Source: Botryllus schlosseri | Lineage: Eukaryota | Length of the DNA: 64,000 nucleotides | NCBI GenBank assembly: GCA_051294905.1 | Contig: CM119371.1 | Coordinates: forward strand, 19,718,001-19,782,000 | Direction of reading: 5' to 3' | Part shown: one piece after another, positions 60,046 through 64,000 of the stretch | Layout: every line of letters begins with the position of its first letter | Position numbering within the stretch: the stretch's first letter is position 1 | Translations under genes and position numbers: made by a program | Notes under the pieces: model-generated | The model's database searches: none | What the model saw: only the letters and a program-made list of their open reading frames with translations | What the model was told of the DNA's origin: nothing

Positions 60046-61986
60046 CTATCATGAGACGGCAGATAAGTGTAAGATTTTCGAAATCATATCCCGTTACCTT
60101 GATACATGACACTTTCAATCAGCAATTGGTTGGAATTGAACCAAATTTGGTGTGTAGGCTTAAATTAGGTAACCTAACAATTTTATCAAGTAGCTAGTAC
60201 GATTTGAGAAAAAAAGTCATTTTTGAAGAGCCCTAATATGCAGCATAGTCTAATTATAGCCAACATTGTCACTTCATATCGTAACATTAAACGAATTCGT
60301 ATGAATATAGATCTCAGTTTGTTTTTGTTTGTTTTGGGGTGTTCATGGTGTTTGTCGACTACTATGGTCATTTATACAAGGCCGATATTCTTCTTATTTT
60401 CCGTAACTGCCGACTTATAGCACGGCCCAGCTCTAGGCTTTTGTAAGACACCGCTGACGCGGATGAGGTGGCGAGGATCTCAGTGATTTCACATCAAGTT
60501 CGGGCCAGGTTTTCAATGCCTAAATACAGGTGTGACCTATATAGACTTCGATCAGACACAATACACGAAGTCTGGCGAAAAGTTGCATGGGCAACACAAC
60601 CTTACGTATTGAAAGCTCCGCATATCTGCAAAAATTCGAAATGCCAATGGTAATGTCAAAGCATTTCTAAATATGATTTCGTCAAATAATTCGCTACGGC
60701 ACTGTTGCTGGTGACCCAAGAGGGTGGTGATCTGCACACTTTGATATACAATGTCAAATGTAGCCTACACGATACTATCTACGCATCCCCGTTGGACTCC
60801 ATAGAAACGAAACAATAAAAATCACATTAATCACGATTACTATCAATGAATTTTAGAATGACTGAAAGGATCTCGCACATTGAACTTTTTTACGTGGTGA
60901 AATTTGATATACCGGCAGGTGCTGATATTGGCTGGACGAGCACCGAAGTAACTTATATTCGCGAAGCTGACAACTGGTTTTCAATTCCGAACAACGAACT
61001 AATGCTGCATTCCTTTTGAATGAAGCAGTACCAGCAGTAGGCTACATGTGCCTTCATAACATACGCCCCATTATTCATGCTTATCGAAGGCACACATGAG
61101 AGAGTCGGTGTCTGGTTTGTATGAAATAGAAGACCCAGTTTATAATGTCTACGCTGGCAACGTCATGAAGAGGCGATTGAAGAAATAATTACCGCTAACC
61201 GATCTTTGATTCGTGCTACCGGAGTATCATCGCTTGAAATACTATTTAAATTTGGATGTCAACTATATGCTCCAAGATGACCGGTGCATGTCTCTAATTT
61301 ACGAGGTTGTCAATGTTCTATTTCAGTGGTGCTCAGCCTTTTTGTCTTCACGGATCCCCGCGTACCCCCCATTTTAGTTCAAAGTTAGCTTTATTACCAT
61401 GTATTCGTCATCTGTCTTGATCAAATATAAACTGTATACGCTAGTGATAAACAGCAACGTGACTTTCCCTGAAAATACCATCATACTATGAACGTGGAAA
61501 ACCGCAACCAAACATCTCTAATCAGCAGTATGTTTGTGTCAGTAGGCTAGTGGCAGTTTGGCAATTAAAATGAGTCTGAAAAGTATAAATTTTCGTCTCA
61601 AACAGTCATTCTGTTCATATGAGACCTGACGTTTTAACAGTTATGAAGCGAGTCTTCGTCGTGATTTCTCTAATTAAAAAATAAACACAAATTAGGTTGT
61701 CGACCAATTTGCAAATTTGGAGGTTTAGCGCGGCGCACCGTCGTTCAGTGCATTTGTAAAACACCGTAATCATACCAACAGGTCTACATCAATCAAGTCA
61801 CTGCCTCCGACTCGCAAGTAATTTCGAGTTCGCGTCGGATTTACAACTTGCAGTTTCACCCCGGACAAGCGACGATGCCTATAGATCTTCGCACGAATTT
61901 AGCCAAATAAACGGCTTGAAGGCTTCACACGACTTGACATCTTCATCTATTCGAGGGCAGTTCAATTGCAGTGCCGGATTACTAAT

Positions 61987-62322
61987 GTGATGATGTAGCG
62001 TCTCATTGTCACGATGAACGACATCGAAGGAATATTGATCGGAATGATTTCATTCGAAGTTTGCGCCAAGATGGCATTACGTGCAGACACGCGTTTTTGA
62101 TGTGATGACGGAGCTTTTCATTGTCACGTTGATCGACATCGAATGAATATTGATCGGACTGATCGGAGTGATTTTATTACAAATTTACGCCAAGATGAAA
62201 TACGTGCGGACACGCGTTTCTAACGTGATATGACGCAACGTCTCATTGTCATGTTAAGCGAAATCGAATGAGTATTGATATGTGTAGTTTACGCCAAGAA
62301 TGCAGCACGCGCGGAAACGCGC
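61987..62322. repeat. Diverged tandem repeat, 3 units of ~100-125 bp
   Basis: Units start tgtgatga..g..gc.t.tcattgtca and end gccaaga...cgtgc.gacacgcg. Confidence 0.85.
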
Positions 62323-62707
62323 TACCTACATAAGACTTCAACCGAGTGCATTTCAACAGGTCTGGCAATAAGGTACACGGGCGTGGTATGGGGAGTGAAC
62401 AGCCTTATTTCAGTCTGAGAACCTCAAATGTCCAGGGAAGTGCTTTTTTCGCACTATAAAATTCGCTTTATTCTGCTGTCGATCGCTAAACAATATTGAA
62501 AAGAAATGTGCACTGACGTGCAACATTAAAATTGTATTTTGATATTCTGAGCTATTTATTTTGTGGCAGACCGAAAATTAAACAGCGTGATGTGCATCCT
62601 TTGCTGGGTTTGGATATCGACCATGATTGTCAGAATCACCTGCCATGAAACAACATTATATCAATACCATCAAATGTTATGCTACTTATGTTGACATAGA
62701 AATAGAA

Positions 62708-62826
62708 ATGAATAGCTTGATGAGCAGCATTTGCTTGGTTTTTGTGCTGACCATGACGGTCGGAGATGTTCCAGGACTCAGCACCTACATGCCACTGAAA
62801 CGCGTTTTTCCAGAATTTGATTGTGA
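62708..62826 (+). CDS. Possible first exon of a small secreted-protein gene
   Basis: MNSLMSSICLVFVLTMTVGDVPG looks like a signal peptide and is followed by GT donors, with a strong acceptor at 63079. No recognisable family, and the splice path is ambiguous. Confidence 0.25.
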
Positions 62827-64000
62827 GTAAAATACACGATCTGCATCTAAATTATAAGTCAACCATATATTACCATATATCAAACTTTCTTGGTCCAGAT
62901 ATGCCACGTGGAAAATGTAAATTGGCAGAATATTCAAATAATATACCTATTATTGACTAGCCTACTCATTGGAAATTATTTGCATCTTCTATGCTCCAGT
63001 TTGATACTGTATGACGTTTGTGTTTTGCACATAGAGCATACTTGCAACGAGAAAATTAATTCATTTTGTATTTCCATAGGAGGATTTTGAGAATAAGAGG
63101 ACGGACGCTGTACGGAGGAATCGATCTCTGCAATCTTGGATGTTACAATTTGAATTCGTCTAAAAATATATCATTTGTATATATTACATTAGCATATATG
63201 TGAACAATGCGATATCAAGTATGTCACCGCGAACATTGTATACGAAAATAAATTTTCAAGTTTATATGGAAAAATGCATTGAATTCGCGATTGCTCTTGA
63301 AATTCCCGCAGATGTGATGATGGTTGGTATGTATAACTGTTCATTTGTGCAGCACCGAAGAAAAAACTATGGGTAATATTGCGGTTTTGTTATTGGCATA
63401 TCCAATTCGATTTCATTTCGAAATGTAAGTGATTGAAATGCACTCGTACACAGGAATCATCTAACTTTCAGTAATGGCAAAAGTATCTGCGACAATAACT
63501 TATAGGATGCGGGCAGTAGGAAATGACAGCATTTTCAGCAACCATCAATGATGGTTCATCATATATAATGACGTGGGATACACTTTTACGACTAAACGCC
63601 GTGCGAGTTATATATCCATGTATCTAGTTTCGGTCAGTCTATCCTGAATCGCCTGCCATCAGTGACATCGCTCGTCCTTTAGTAAATCTCATCTTAGTCG
63701 ATGAAATGAATCACGATAGATTTTACCATATAGTAGGGTTACCATGTTTTGGAATCGGGAACGGAGGGCACTCTTTCAAAATTTTCAGACTTACAATACT
63801 GTGGAGTGAAATCCGGAAAATGGTAAATTTATCACGAAGGGTTAGGTTCCCGGCTCGACTCCCGAAATACAGTTTTTCTCTTACATTTTCCGTTGGTTGA
63901 CTAAAAATTGGTCGTCGTACACGTTAGTTCCACGAATTTCCTGTTTAGCGTCATTTATGCCCGTTTACACTCGAATCTTTCCATCACCTTAGCTCTAAAG

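Overview
AT-rich eukaryotic (animal) genomic DNA, most likely an invertebrate chordate such as an ascidian. This is inferred from the intelectin gene and the repeat families; it cannot be proven from the window. One host protein gene is well supported: a 5-coding-exon secreted intelectin (41111-53531, +, 385 aa). It has an N-terminal Cys pair, a short collagen segment and a remodelled ligand-binding loop. There is one elongator tRNA-Met gene (28418-28490). Most of the rest is a dense, deeply nested transposon landscape. It includes many hAT-type non-autonomous elements with 8-bp TSDs and a MULE-like element with a 9-bp TSD carrying a 23-bp minisatellite. Inside that minisatellite sits a very young non-autonomous Gypsy-like LTR element with non-canonical TTTAACG...CGTTAAA ends. 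Also present are two CACTG-ended (CACTA/EnSpm-like) elements, one holding a decayed spliced gene; a Galileo-like foldback element with a 7-bp TSD; Penelope-like fragments with a minimal hammerhead ribozyme; a Gypsy gag-protease fragment with an intact -1 frameshift signal; two tRNA-derived SINE families; and LINE 3' ends. Most short ORFs in the supplied track are spurious. All comparisons were made by eye; no database searches were run.
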